Shown in pieces: positions 1 to 11,990 of a DNA stretch of 64,000 bases. Location: positions 177,236,969-177,300,968 of the forward strand of contig NC_068981.1 of assembly GCF_001194135.2 (NCBI RefSeq), read 5' to 3'. Below the pieces are notes generated by a model. It was not told the origin of the DNA and did not search any database. It was given only the letters and a program-made list of their open reading frames with translations. Made by a program: the position numbers and the translations under genes. This stretch comes from Octopus bimaculoides (taxonomy: Eukaryota). Numbering within the stretch: the stretch's first letter is position 1; each line of letters opens with the position of its first letter.

Positions 1-866
1 AAACATGGGCCGTGACTGCTGAAGACATGCGTAGACTCAAAAGAAATGAAGCTAGCATGATCCGCTGGATGTGTAATGTCAGTGTGCACACACGACAGAG
101 TGTAAGTGCCCTGAGAGAAATGTTAGACATAAGAAGCATCAGATGTGGCATGCAAGAGAGACGTTTGCGTTGGTATGGTCATGTACTGCGGATGGATGAG
201 GAGAGCTGTGTGAAGAAGTGCCACTCTCAAACAGTGGAAGGAATCCAGGGTAGAGGGAGACACAGGAAGACATGGGATGAGGTGGTCAAGCATGACCTTC
301 GAACGTTGGGCCTCACAGAGGCAATGACAAAAGACTGAGACCTCTGGAGGTATGCTGTGACTAAGAAGACCCGGCAAATAAAATGAGTACACAGCTGTAA
401 CCTACACCAGTGTCGCATAACCAGCCCACTCAAAAGTACCTTGGATCGTAGGGCGACATGCCATACTTAAGGAGACCTATTGAGTCAAGTACATCAACAT
501 CAGCAATATCAAAATCAAATCAAATGGAAATTGTAGTTGTGAGCCCCATGCTGGTAGCACATAAAAAGCACCATCCAAATGTGGCCGATGCCAGTGCCAC
601 TTTGACTGGCTTCCGTGCTGGCGGCACATAAAAAGCACCATCCAATCATGGTTGATGTCAGCTCCTCTGGCCCCTGTGCCAGTAGCACGTAAAAAGCACC
701 CACTACACTCTCGGAGTGGTTGGCGTTAGGAAGGGCATCCAGCTGTAGAAACACTGCCAGATCAGATTGGGGCCTGGTGCAGCCTCCTGGGTTCCCAGAC
801 CCCAGTCGAACCGTCCAACCCATGCCAGCATAGAAAACCGATGTTAAACGATGATGATGATGATGA
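1..866 (+). mobile_element. RTE-clade LINE, 3' end (ORF2 C-terminus, 3'UTR, (GAT)n tail)
   Basis: ORF 12..338 ends RRLRWYGHVLRMDEESCVKKC...GRGRHRKTWDEVVKHDL, typical of the RTE ORF2 C-terminus. It is followed by the repeated 3'UTR units and GTTAAACGATGATGATGATGATGA. Confidence 0.9.
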
Positions 867-868
867 AG

Positions 869-970
869 ATATATATATATATAAATTATATTATATTATA
901 TTATATTATATTACATATATAAATTATATATATTATATTATATTATATTATATTATATTATATTATATAT

Positions 971-1019
<49 letters not shown>
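869..1019. repeat. (TTATA)n/(TA)n microsatellite
   Basis: Direct reading. Confidence 0.95.
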
Positions 1020-1020
<1 letters not shown>

Positions 1021-2575
1021 CAAGACTACACTAAAATGCAATGGAAAACAACCTATTAAATTCAATTACCTCATACTAATTCAATAGATATTTTTTTCTC
1101 AATATATTATCTGACAGAAACAGTGTTAAATTATTTATTTATTTTTTGTGTCTGTTAAGAGTCTAAAGAAGAGAATATTGCATTGTGTTTTTAAGTATAA
1201 GAGTTTGACTGAGGCATTAGCATTTTATTTTGTCCTTTTAATGGTTGATGTATGTATAGCAGGATGTGTGTGTATGCAAACAAAGAACTAAATGTAAGCC
1301 TCTTAATAAGAATGATGCTAGAGATGGTTAAAGTTGAAGTGGTTGTGGTTGTGGTTGCAGTGGCTTAGGTGGTAGTTAATGAATATCAATTTGGGAACAG
1401 AAACTTAAAACCTGAAAGAAGGGTAGATAGGTCCTTAGATTTCTGCTGCAATTTAAATTTTGTGTGTCAGCCCCAGACCAGTTTCATTGCACTGAAATAG
1501 CATTATGCCTAAGCTCAATGTACTGTCATTGACCTTACTTAAGCTTTTGACTGACCTAGCCTCAAACTAGCCACAACTATATTCATCGACTCTTCTGGTA
1601 GGGTTTTTTAGAAAACAGAAGAATATAAAGAATATATTAATAGAAGCATCCAAATTTTAGTTACCTTAACACCAAACTCTTTCAAATGTATCTGATATGA
1701 TATATTAATGGACAATAGGTGCCAAAGAATAAAACAGGTTCTCAAGAAGCTAAATTGATTTAATTTCAAAGTTCTGTGCCTATGTTTCATCACCAGCCCT
1801 ATACAAGCCAACAAGAGAGCCTCTGTATGGTTAGTCAACCTTCAAGAAGCAGCAACAAAATCTCCTTTAAATAACACACTACTGTTTTAACAAAAAGGCA
1901 CAAATCAAATATACCTTCTCCTCAACTTACAACCTATGCGACTTAAGACCATCTGCACTTACAACCATAAAAAATAATAAATATAAACAAATAAATAAAA
2001 AATTGATTCTTGGATGTTGGGCAGCTACACACGCGATAATTATGGCAGCATCCACTGCCTGCCACTGTCTCTTGCTCAATCGCTTTCAAGCATCAGTTGT
2101 GTTTGAATGAAAAGAGTGTTGAAAAATATAAACCGACATATGTCCAGATCGACTTACGACCTGTCAATCAGAACGGAACTCAATCATAAGTCGAGGAGAA
2201 GGTGTAATATCTAAATTCACTATATGGGGGAAGGGAGATAGGGGTGTGGAATCAACCCAAAATAGCCTCAGCTAAAATACCTCTGATCATAAGTCTCTGC
2301 TTGATCAGGACTGATCTACACCTAAACAAAAATAACATTCAACAGCATTGAAGGTTACTTCCATATAAATATTCTGAATGTAAGTGTGTGCGTCCATATG
2401 TGTGTTTGTAACAATTTTGTTTATATCAGATAAGATAGAGACTTTGGACTTGGTTTTGGTTTCCTTTCTGTTATTTTTTGTTTTCTTCGTAAATGCATCT
2501 TTTTTATTTACGTTCACGTTCTGTATTTTATGTGTGAACAACATATGTAACCATGGGTAATTGTAAGGCTTTTAT

Positions 2576-2965
2576 CTATGTGTATTTGCTGTTCAAAATT
2601 GGTCGTGTTTCAGTTATGAGGACTGACTCTTGTATTTGCCATAATGATGCGTCATCGGGGTGTCTAGACAGGATTTCTATGCTAATTCGGTCCAGTTGTC
2701 CTTGTTGTTCTTTGGCATGTTGGTATAGCACCGAGGTTTGTTTGTGATTCTTATAGTCCCTCCAATGTTCATTTACACGCTCAGCCAAACTTCTCGCTGT
2801 TTCACCTATGTACGTCGTGTTTCTGTTTTTACAATCACCGTCCATACAGCTTATTTTGTAGACCACATTTCTGGCTTTGCAGTTGATACCAGGACTATAT
2901 TTGCACACAATGCAATTCTCTTCTACACACTTTGTCCTTTTGAAGGGGTATGTTTTGAAAGTCAA
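2576..2965 (-). pseudogene. Penelope-like element GIY-YIG endonuclease fragment
   Basis: ORF contains CKARNVVYKISC...YIGETARSLAERVNEH...QIQESVLITETRPILNSK, the GIY-YIG pattern of PLEs. Confidence 0.88.
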
Positions 2966-2984
2966 ATCAGTGCTACATGATCAA

Positions 2985-3720
2985 TGAAATTACAAGAATT
3001 GATAGACGTGGATGATGGATTTGGTATGTGGAGTGAGAAAGGAGAAGTCAAGAAAGAAGTGGGAGTCAGTTTTTAGTGGATGGAGGAGAACAGGTGGATG
3101 CCATTGACAACAGTGTAAGAGATGAAGTGGGTTGATCATTGGTAGTGAATAGGTGATGAAGCAATCACCAATATAGGAGCAAGTGTACAGCTCAGAAGAA
3201 GGTTAATTAAGCTGGACAAAACTCATGCATAGCCTACAAAGAGTTTAGCATAATTGGGACCCATCTTAATTATAATAGTGAGCTTGAAGATCTGTTGTAA
3301 AACTCACCAGAGAAGGAGAAAAAAATGTGAATATGGCTAAGTTTGGTTAGATGGAGATTGGTGGTACTGAATTCAATTATAGGCTAACTGTCTAGGAATA
3401 AAGTTTAAGGGCTAATAGACCATCACTGGATGGTGGGAACAATGTACAGTAATTTTATATCCATGATGAACAGAAGTTTGGAGAGTTTTGAGAAAGAATG
3501 AGAATGAGTTGAAAATATTTAGAGCATGATTTATGTCCTTAATGTATGATGGTAAAACAGAGATGAGAGGTGACAGCTGTTTGTCAAAATATTCAGAGGA
3601 ACTTGGTGGGACACTTATAGATAGGGGCAACGGAGCAGCTTGGATTGTTGGTTTTGTGGATTTGGGGAGGAATTAATGTTGGAAGTTCAGGGTATAGTAG
3701 TTTAACTAACTTTACCTGAT
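2985..3720 (-). pseudogene. Degenerate Penelope-like reverse transcriptase
   Basis: Fragmented motifs LPSYIKDINHALNIF, MGPNYAKLFVGY, YIGDCF (YIDD-like) and KTDSHFFLDF, with stops and frameshifts. Confidence 0.75.
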
Positions 3721-3840
3721 GGCACTTTGGCAAATTATGGAGATACTGTATTTCCATGAAGGACCATGAAAAGGAGAAAAGTAGGAAAATGTAGTGCTAA
3801 CTCTGATAAATTTCAGGCCTTATGCCTATAGTAGAAAGGA

Positions 3841-4150
3841 TTATTAGTCAGTTTGTTAGTTAATTAACCAACTAAATAATCAACTGTTTGTTTAATCAGT
3901 TAGTTAAACAATCAATCAGTTGTCTGTCAAAGTTTTTTCATTGCTATTCATGACCTCATCAATGACATGCCCCCTCCCCTCAAGGTCTGCTTCAAATCTG
4001 TCTCAGAACTGGAGGAGAGAAGGCATGTCATTGATGAGGTCACAAATGGTGACAAAAGACTGACAGACAACTAACTAATAGTTTAACCGCCAAACTAAGC
4101 AAATGATAGATTAGTTGGTTGGTTACATAACTAACCAACTGATGAATAAT
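3841..4150. repeat. Fold-back (MITE-like) inverted repeat
   Basis: Arms of ~130 bp. Perfect 21-bp core TGACCTCATCAATGACATGCC (3950-3970) vs GGCATGTCATTGATGAGGTCA (4022-4042), with a ~50-nt spacer. Confidence 0.8.
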
Positions 4151-4839
4151 AAAGAAGTGAAACTGAACCAGTGCATGAATTTATTATTGGCATAATAACC
4201 CCCACCTACTTAAGATACAACAAAATAATGTTACACATTGATTCATATTATTTTGGTGAATTTTAACCCTCTCCTCTCACTGCTTGTCAACATGAATATA
4301 TTTTAGTCTTTCAATGTTCCAATGATTAAAAATTGCCATCACCTACATAACACTGTCTAACAAATAAATCACTGATTCCTTGGGTGGAGCAACTGGATCA
4401 AGTATGTCTAGTACAGGGTGAGATGGTGGTTGGTGAGGAGCAGTTAATTATTTGGGTCAGATCTCTGGTGAGTTTGTTGCCTGTAAATCTTATACATACG
4501 TGACATACAATCAATTTGGAAGCAGACATCTTAGAAAGCAGCACACAGTAAGAGTATAAAAACCCACACCAGTGTAATAATATAACACAAGATATATGGA
4601 GAAAGAGGTGGAGTGGAAAAGAAAAAGAAGAGAGAAAGAGAGAGAAGATAGGTAGGGGTACATATAGTGGCAGACTAAGTGTAGACAGCAGTGTTAAGTA
4701 GGTCGACAAAGAGAATGGATAAAGAACAGCTTGTAGCTTTATGACCATAGAAAAACCAAGTCTAGACACACTTGTTGGACAAGCAGCTGATAGTTCAGTT
4801 TTTACTATTACTCTCTTTATCTGCATTTGGTTCTCTGTC

Positions 4840-5060
4840 TCTCTCTGTTTCTCTCTCTCCACACACACACACACACATACACACATACACATACACACAT
4901 ACGCACACACACATACACACACACACACACGTGTGTGTGTGTGTCTAGCAGGACAAAGAGAGACATACACCTATACATACACACACATGCACATGTGCAT
5001 ATGTATGTATGTATATATGTGCATGTAGGTATATAAAAATGTATATGCATATTACATATA
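4840..5060. repeat. (CT)n/(CA)n/(TG)n microsatellite cluster
   Basis: Direct reading. Confidence 0.9.
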
Positions 5061-5061
5061 T

Positions 5062-5199
5062 GTGTAGCTTGCTTACCAAACACATGGTTCCGGGTTCAGT
5101 CCCACTGAGTTGCACCTTAGGCAAGTGTCTTCTACTATAGCCTCGGGCCGACTAAATCCTTGTGAGTGGATTTGGTAGACAGAAACTGAAAGAAGCCCG

Positions 5200-5234
<35 letters not shown>

Positions 5235-5434
5235 TGTGTTTGTCCCCACCATCGCTTGACAACCGATGCTGGTGTGCTTATGTCCCTGTGACTTAGCAGT
5301 TCGGCAAAAAGAGACTGATAGAATAAGTACTAGGCTTACGAAGAATAAGTCCTGGGATAGATTTATTCGACTAAAAGGCAGTGCTCCAGCATGGCTGCAG
5401 TCAAATGACTGAAACAAGTAAAAGAATAAAAGAA
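5062..5434 (+). mobile_element. tRNA-derived SINE, family A (internal (TG)n)
   Basis: GGTTCCGGGTTCAGTCCCACTG head (box B-like). The same sequence recurs at 22282, 25094, 37638 and (-) 54236. Confidence 0.9.
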
Positions 5435-5435
5435 T

Positions 5436-5486
<51 letters not shown>

Positions 5487-5538
5487 TAATTATTCTATAT
5501 GTGTGTGTGTATGTCTGTGTCTGTGTGTCTATGTATGC

Positions 5539-5610
<72 letters not shown>

Positions 5611-6133
5611 ATACATAACAAGCAGCTGTACTAAGTAAAGAAAATAGCTGAAAATTACAGAACTGTAAAATAATTTACTTGGATTAACATTTAAAACAGT
5701 TTTTATTCTGTTATGTATATGTCTGCATTTTTTAATATTTTCATTAAATTAAACATATTACGGACACAGTTATGGTTTATTTCATATCACATGGTTCTGA
5801 ATGTGATCCCACTATGCAGCACCTAAGGCAACTGTCTGCCTCTACAAAAGCCTCAGTTTGACCAGTGGAAGCCTCTCATATATGTATACATGTTTCTGTG
5901 GATGTCCGTATATATCAATGTAAATTAGGTACAGTGAGTAATGTTACTTGACAAAAAAATAAAAAGCCTCCAAAAGCAACTTAGCCATTTAATAAAGATC
6001 AATAAAATATAACTAAATATTATAATCATCAAATATAATTATCTAAATCACTTGAATGTGGTGAGTCAGCATGACCTATGTACATATGCAGATATAGATA
6101 TGCATGTGTATGCACACACACACACACACTAAT

Positions 6134-6168
<35 letters not shown>

Positions 6169-6412
6169 NNNNNNNNNNNNNNNNNNNNNNNNNNNNNNNN
6201 NNNNNNNNNNNNNNNNNNNNNNNNNNNNNNNNNNNNNNNNNNNNNNNNNNNNNNNNNNNNNNNNNNNNNNNNNNNNNNNNNNNNNNNNNNNNNNNNNNNN
6301 NNNNNNNNNNNNNNNNNNNNNNNNNNNNNNNNNNNNNNNNNNNNNNNNNNNNNNNNNNNNNNNNNNNNNNNNNNNNNNNNNNNNNNNNNNNNNNNNNNNN
6401 NNNNNNNNNNNN

Positions 6413-6452
<40 letters not shown>

Positions 6453-8104
6453 CATTATTTTTGCTCTTGTATTAGTCTCAGGCAATGGGTTGCAAGCATG
6501 CTGGAATGCTGTCTTCAAAGGGTTTTAGTTGATCATACCAACCCCAGTACCTAATTGAATCTGGTTCTTATGTTAATCATCTTCATCAAATTATAAGTTA
6601 TATTTTTGACATAAAGCATTGTAATTCAACACACTATTTACACCAGTAAAAATAAACACAGAGACACACTCATAAATATATAAACACATATACAGTGGGC
6701 TTCAACACAATTTCCATCAACCAAAATCCATGAAACAGGTCACTTTCATATTTATTAATATTATTATCCTTTAAACTCCAGACATGTGGTGAAGCAGCTT
6801 TCTGAGAGTCAGAATGAATGTGTATGTTGTGAGAATTTTGTTTTATAGGGATTTTCAGTAAACCCTATATCACTTTTCTTGTTTCACAGTTATTTACAAG
6901 GCAGTTATTTACAAGCAATACCTAAATCTAGAGTTATATCTAGGAAATTAACTTCATATTTACTATGATCTTTAAATCTAATTCTTCACATATGTAGATG
7001 AACTCTTTTTCTCACGACATCCAATGAGATCACTTGAGACCAGTCATAGTTTGCAAATTAAGTAGTTCATCACCACAGTAAGGCCCAAACTATGCAGAGC
7101 AAACTCCCTTCAAAATTAAGTGTAAAATGTACAATCCAATTCACAAACCTTAACCACATCATATAATTCCAAAATACTTCATTTAAATCAAAAAGTATTA
7201 TAGTAAAATTGCAAAAATTCTTTAGTATGAATGATAATAGTAACTTCCAAATCACTAATTGAAGAAATGCTCACCTATCGAATTCTAAGGTTTTTGAAGA
7301 AGGGATTTTTTTTAGGAATCACTCAAATCTCAATGGTTTCAATGTTTGTAAATAATATTTTTTCCTTATATATTGTCACGTTGCTTCCTTCAATCATTTG
7401 AATACGTATGTGTTTGTGTATACATCTGTCTTGACATCATGATTGTAAATGAACATCAGCATCATTTGTTTTCAGTCTCCCATGAAACATATGTCTGGTC
7501 ACGGGGAAATTTATCTTGCTTGGAAACAAGTAAGGATTGGCAACAGGAAGAGCATTTGACCACACAAAATCCACAACAAATTCCATATAAGTATGGATAA
7601 GTGGTCATTAAATGCTGATGATAACAATTATAATGATGATATATATACATATATAAGAAATGAAGGACACACAAGTATTGTGAACAAAATTCATCTTACA
7701 TTTATACCTCATTAGGAGTATATATGTAAGTAAGTTTCTTATATCACTTTCCGATATATAGACAACATTAACAGATTCCATTCTAACACAGAAAATGAAA
7801 AGGTACACTATACTTGTGGCTATAGCCACAAATCCCAGCAATTCAGAGACTGCCAGCTTCTTAAACCTTTTATGTTGGTTTGGAAAAGTGCTGAAGGCCT
7901 CTGGCAGGGAAATGTTGATTGAGTCCAAGCGGAAGAAACATTCACAGTGCCCAGATATCAAGTTAACCAAGTTCATCCAAACAGTTCCACAACATCATCA
8001 CCATAAACCCATCGGGATGATGAGGACCATCACAAAGCTAAGATGAAGGTGATGATATTCATAGTCAGCTGTGCAATCCATAAGGATATCAGGTCCAAAC
8101 CTTA

Positions 8105-8870
8105 TGTCAGTATTTGGGTATGAAACCTTCCTGCACTACCTGACTGGCTGTGTAGGTCACTAGCATATTTCACCAGAAAGGTTAAGCATCTCAGTAACTA
8201 TCCTCAATAGTTCAGATACTTTCTCTGACTTTCATATCCTTGATTGAACATTTAACCATATAGATATGAACTTCAATGGCTGGCTCCTATGTCAGACTTA
8301 CTTAGTGTACATCCTCACTCTTTCATGAACTCTCCTCATTCAGGAAGTTCTTACAATTGCATTTCCATGCCTCTTTCTTTTCAGAATCTAAGAAGATTTT
8401 CAGCATGTGTGCTGCTATCTTTATTTACACACCTTTCTTCTCTGGTATGCTACTTTGCAACCTGGAAAACAACAAACCTCTGAACTTTATGTTGCAGACC
8501 ATGAACAAGCTATTTATGTTAGGCTTCTTCTTCCCATGCTGATTATCCTTAATGTCTAGTTGCTTATCTAGCAATGTAATTTTTTTTTCGTTGCCTTCTT
8601 TCTTCCAATCTTCCAGGCTTGTTTCTTAGCTTTTATGGCTCTATCTGTAGCAGTTTTCCACAATCATATCACTTTCAATATTGTTCATACAACAAATTAT
8701 CCTTTACCTAACAAGAGGCAACAATACATGAGACCTGTACTTCAGAAATATTATGAACTGATCTACAATGTGAAGGTGTCACCTACACTCTTCTTACAAT
8801 CATAATTATGGTTGAATATAATTTGTTACTAAACACCTTACATGAGACACTCAAATACTGTCCAATTTGA
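8105..8870 (-). mobile_element. Old RTE LINE ORF2 fragment
   Basis: Minus-strand translation gives AKKQAWK and a degenerate stretch resembling RTE ORF2 between the endonuclease and RT domains; many stops. Confidence 0.6.
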
Positions 8871-8892
8871 ATTTGTACAAGGTTCACAGGAA

Positions 8893-9057
8893 ATCATCAT
8901 CATCATCATTTAATGTCTGTTCTCCATGCTAGCATGGGCTAGATAGTTTGACAAGAGCTGACAAGTCAGAAAACTGTGCCAAGTCTTACTGTCTGTTTTC
9001 ACATGGTTTCTATGGCTGGATGCCCTTCCTAATGCCAACCACTTTACAGAGTGTACA
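8893..9057 (-). mobile_element. RTE LINE 3' tail
   Basis: (CAT)n followed by CCATGCTAGCATGGG...CTGGATGCCCTTCCTAATGCCAACCAC, the reverse complement of the tail at 700-866. Confidence 0.8.
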
Positions 9058-9449
9058 ATGAGAAAATACATGAACTAGCTTCAAACACTTTCTCTCTCTA
9101 TGCAAGATAGTAATACAAAACTAATATCTTTTGTGTTAGTAATGCTGCATATTTGCATAAAATATTCTCAGAGAAGAAATTTAAAGTTTAGATGCCCAGA
9201 AAGAGGGAAATTCTCATGAGCTGATGAACAAATTTCAAACCAATTAAATAAACAAAATCCCTGAAAGAGAAAGGAACCAGATAACAATGTCTCTTGCAGA
9301 CATTGAAAGTAGAATAAGGTGTTTCAAAGAAAATGATAGAGAACTGCAAAGGAAACTAGGCTTATAGAAAACTTAAAAACTAACACTTAAGTTTCCTCTA
9401 GGTCTGCACAAGAAACAGCTTCAATATAAAATAGGTCATTGTTTGAATA

Positions 9450-10480
9450 AAGTGGATCACAAAGTAAGTGAATAACTAAAATGGCCAATTCAATGTGCTT
9501 TCATCACCCCACTGGCACAAATACAAATAACAGGGTCAGCATAGATTAGCAACATTGTATGGGAAATAGCTATTATCAATTATACTGACACACAGAAAAA
9601 AAAAAACTGCCATAGAAAAAATGTGACCAAATCAGTAACAATCCTAGAAGGTTTTCCCACAATTATCCTGTAAATATGCACAGGCCCTAAACCACTTTCT
9701 GAAGCTTCTTCAAAACTCACAAAAGATGAAAAAATGCATTGTATGTCTCTCCATATTGGAGGGATCTGAGCAGAAGCTACAACAGGCCTGACTTTAACTT
9801 CAAATATCAGTATATCAGGTGGAACAAATTATGAAGAAAAATACATTTCTTCAAAAGAATCATTTACTAAATGATACTAAATACAGTTTCTGTCCAAAGA
9901 GAGGCTGCCACTCACACACAGCTTCAGCAGCATTATGACTGGCAATCAAAGCAGTTGCACAAACTGTTAAAATGGTAGATGAAATATATTTTGGTAGCAC
10001 TACCATTTTTAATAACACTCTGACTCTGCAGTTATAAACACAGTTACACACATTAATTATGCTAATAATACTAAGGATATCCAAGGAAATTAAGAGCCCA
10101 GATACTACCAAATGAAAAAAATACAAGAAAATTCCAAAAACTTAGGAAAATTTCAAGAACTACCAGCTCCCCAACAAATTACAACCTGGATAAACAGAGT
10201 TAGGAGAGACAAGGCTCACAATCTATGAAAGACCAAGTAACAATGAGTAAAATTGCTTTGTTTCATGTGTTTAACATGCAGAATAGTCCTAGGGTATTTA
10301 GAACTAAAAAATAAAAATAACCATGCTGGTTCAGAAAAAAAAAACACTTTTCCTCAGTTACCTGGGTTATTGCTTCCAGTTATTGTCAGCTTGAAGTGTC
10401 AAGCACACTCTGGAATTGGAAGTAATGCAAGGACTCAACATAAAGAAGATTCCTTCCATACTGGTAGTGGTTGGATCTTT
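9450..10480 (+). mobile_element. Highly degenerate non-LTR retrotransposon RT (NeSL/R2/R4-like)
   Basis: Degenerate motifs KYSFCPKRGCH (QxGF..GC), VDEIYFGS (D...AFGS) and SYLGY (YLG). Confidence 0.4.
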
Positions 10481-11633
10481 TAAGATTTTTACCTTCTAGA
10501 ATGAAGAGTGGAGAGATATGTAGTAATATCTTTCTGGAAGGACTGCACCAAACTTTGATACTGAAACTGTGAAAACCCTTGAATTGGCTGCCATAATAAT
10601 AGAGTACAAGCAGTTTCATTTTTTTCTCTGTCAGGTAAGAACTAGATATTGCAAACCACAGCTATTCAATATCCTTCCTTTGGTCATAAAAGACATGCAT
10701 GGAGTAGCTGTCAACATTTTCTAACATCACTTGAAGCTATATCACAACAGGAGAGACACAGGCAAGGATAGTGATATCAAACTATCTCATTTGTTAATTA
10801 TCAAGTACAAGACTGATGAAACTCCAGCATGGCCACAGCCCAATGGATGAAATTAGTAAAAGAGTAAAGAGCATGTTTAAATATTAAAATCTTCGATATA
10901 GACTTGCATGAAATTTGCAGAATATAGCAAATAACAAAACACACGCATGCGCACACACACACACACAGACTCAGACTCACACACGTGCACACACACACAC
11001 ACACACATGCATGCATGTAGATAAGGAAGATAGAGGGTGGAAATAAACATGGGACAAACAAGTTAATTATAATTAAATATTTTCCCTTAAAACAATATCT
11101 TAAAAGACTAAATGTGCATTTTTATACAAAATACATTTTATTATCAAGTAAAACACTTAATGAACAATTAATTGCACCAATTACACATGAAATAATGCTT
11201 TGAGATTATAGATAATTATTTATTACTTTATAAAGTAGTGACTAAGAGTGTAGATATACATACTACTTACAATCCCATAACAATTGTCAGTACAGTTTAC
11301 AACTGTAGTAGAGACATGAGAAACTTAGCTGAAATAATACTAAATCTATCACTAGTTCATTTAAATGTCAGCAAACGCGATTAATAATGACCTTTCAATT
11401 TCAATTTGAAAGCAAAACTGAAAGTCTGCTGGGTCCAAGATAAAGGGATGCAAATAAATATGTGTCTAAATAATGTAGTTTTGTTTTTTCTTCTTTCAGA
11501 AAATATATTCATATCATATGAGTGAAAGTTTTCTGAGTTTTGTATTGCTGATGTTTTTAGTAATTATATAAACTTTATTTCTATTTTTACTTAAACCTTA
11601 CTCTTCTGAGTAGTGGAGGCACAATGGCCCAGT

Positions 11634-11990
11634 GGTTAGGGCAGCGGACTCGCGGTTGTAGGATTGCGGTTTCGATTCCCAGACTAGGCGTTGTGAGTGT
11701 TTATTGAGCGAAAACACCTAAAGCTCCACAAGGCTCTGGCAGGGGATGGTGGCGAACCCTGCTGTACTCTTTCACCACAACTTTCTCTCACTCTTACTTC
11801 CTGTTTCTGTTGTGCCTGTAATTCAAAGGGTCAGCCTTGTCACACTGTGTCACGCTGAATATCCCCAAGAACTACATTAAGGGTACACATGTCTGTGGAG
11901 TGCTCAGCCACTTCAACGTTAATTTCACGAGCAGGCTGTTCCATTGATTGGGTCAACTGGAACCCTCGACGTCGTGACAGAGTGCCAACA
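11634..11990 (+). mobile_element. tRNA-derived SINE, head C + tail X
   Basis: Head GGAGGCACAATGGCCCAGTGGTTAGGG...TTTCGATTCCCAGAC is shared with 45640-45960. Tail CCTTGTCACAC...GGAACCCTCG is shared with 51869-52190. Confidence 0.88.

Noticed and set aside
4398-6554. ORFs rich in HTHT/CVCV/YIYI (also 19864-20221, 22270-22592, 34199-35222, 37477-37903, 42399-43653)
   Set aside because: These are translations of dinucleotide microsatellites and purine tracts.
11634-11710. tRNA-like sequences with box A/B (also 5062, 33424, 45890-45960, 51869)
   Set aside because: They run directly into SINE bodies and lack a complete cloverleaf; these are SINE heads, not tRNA genes.
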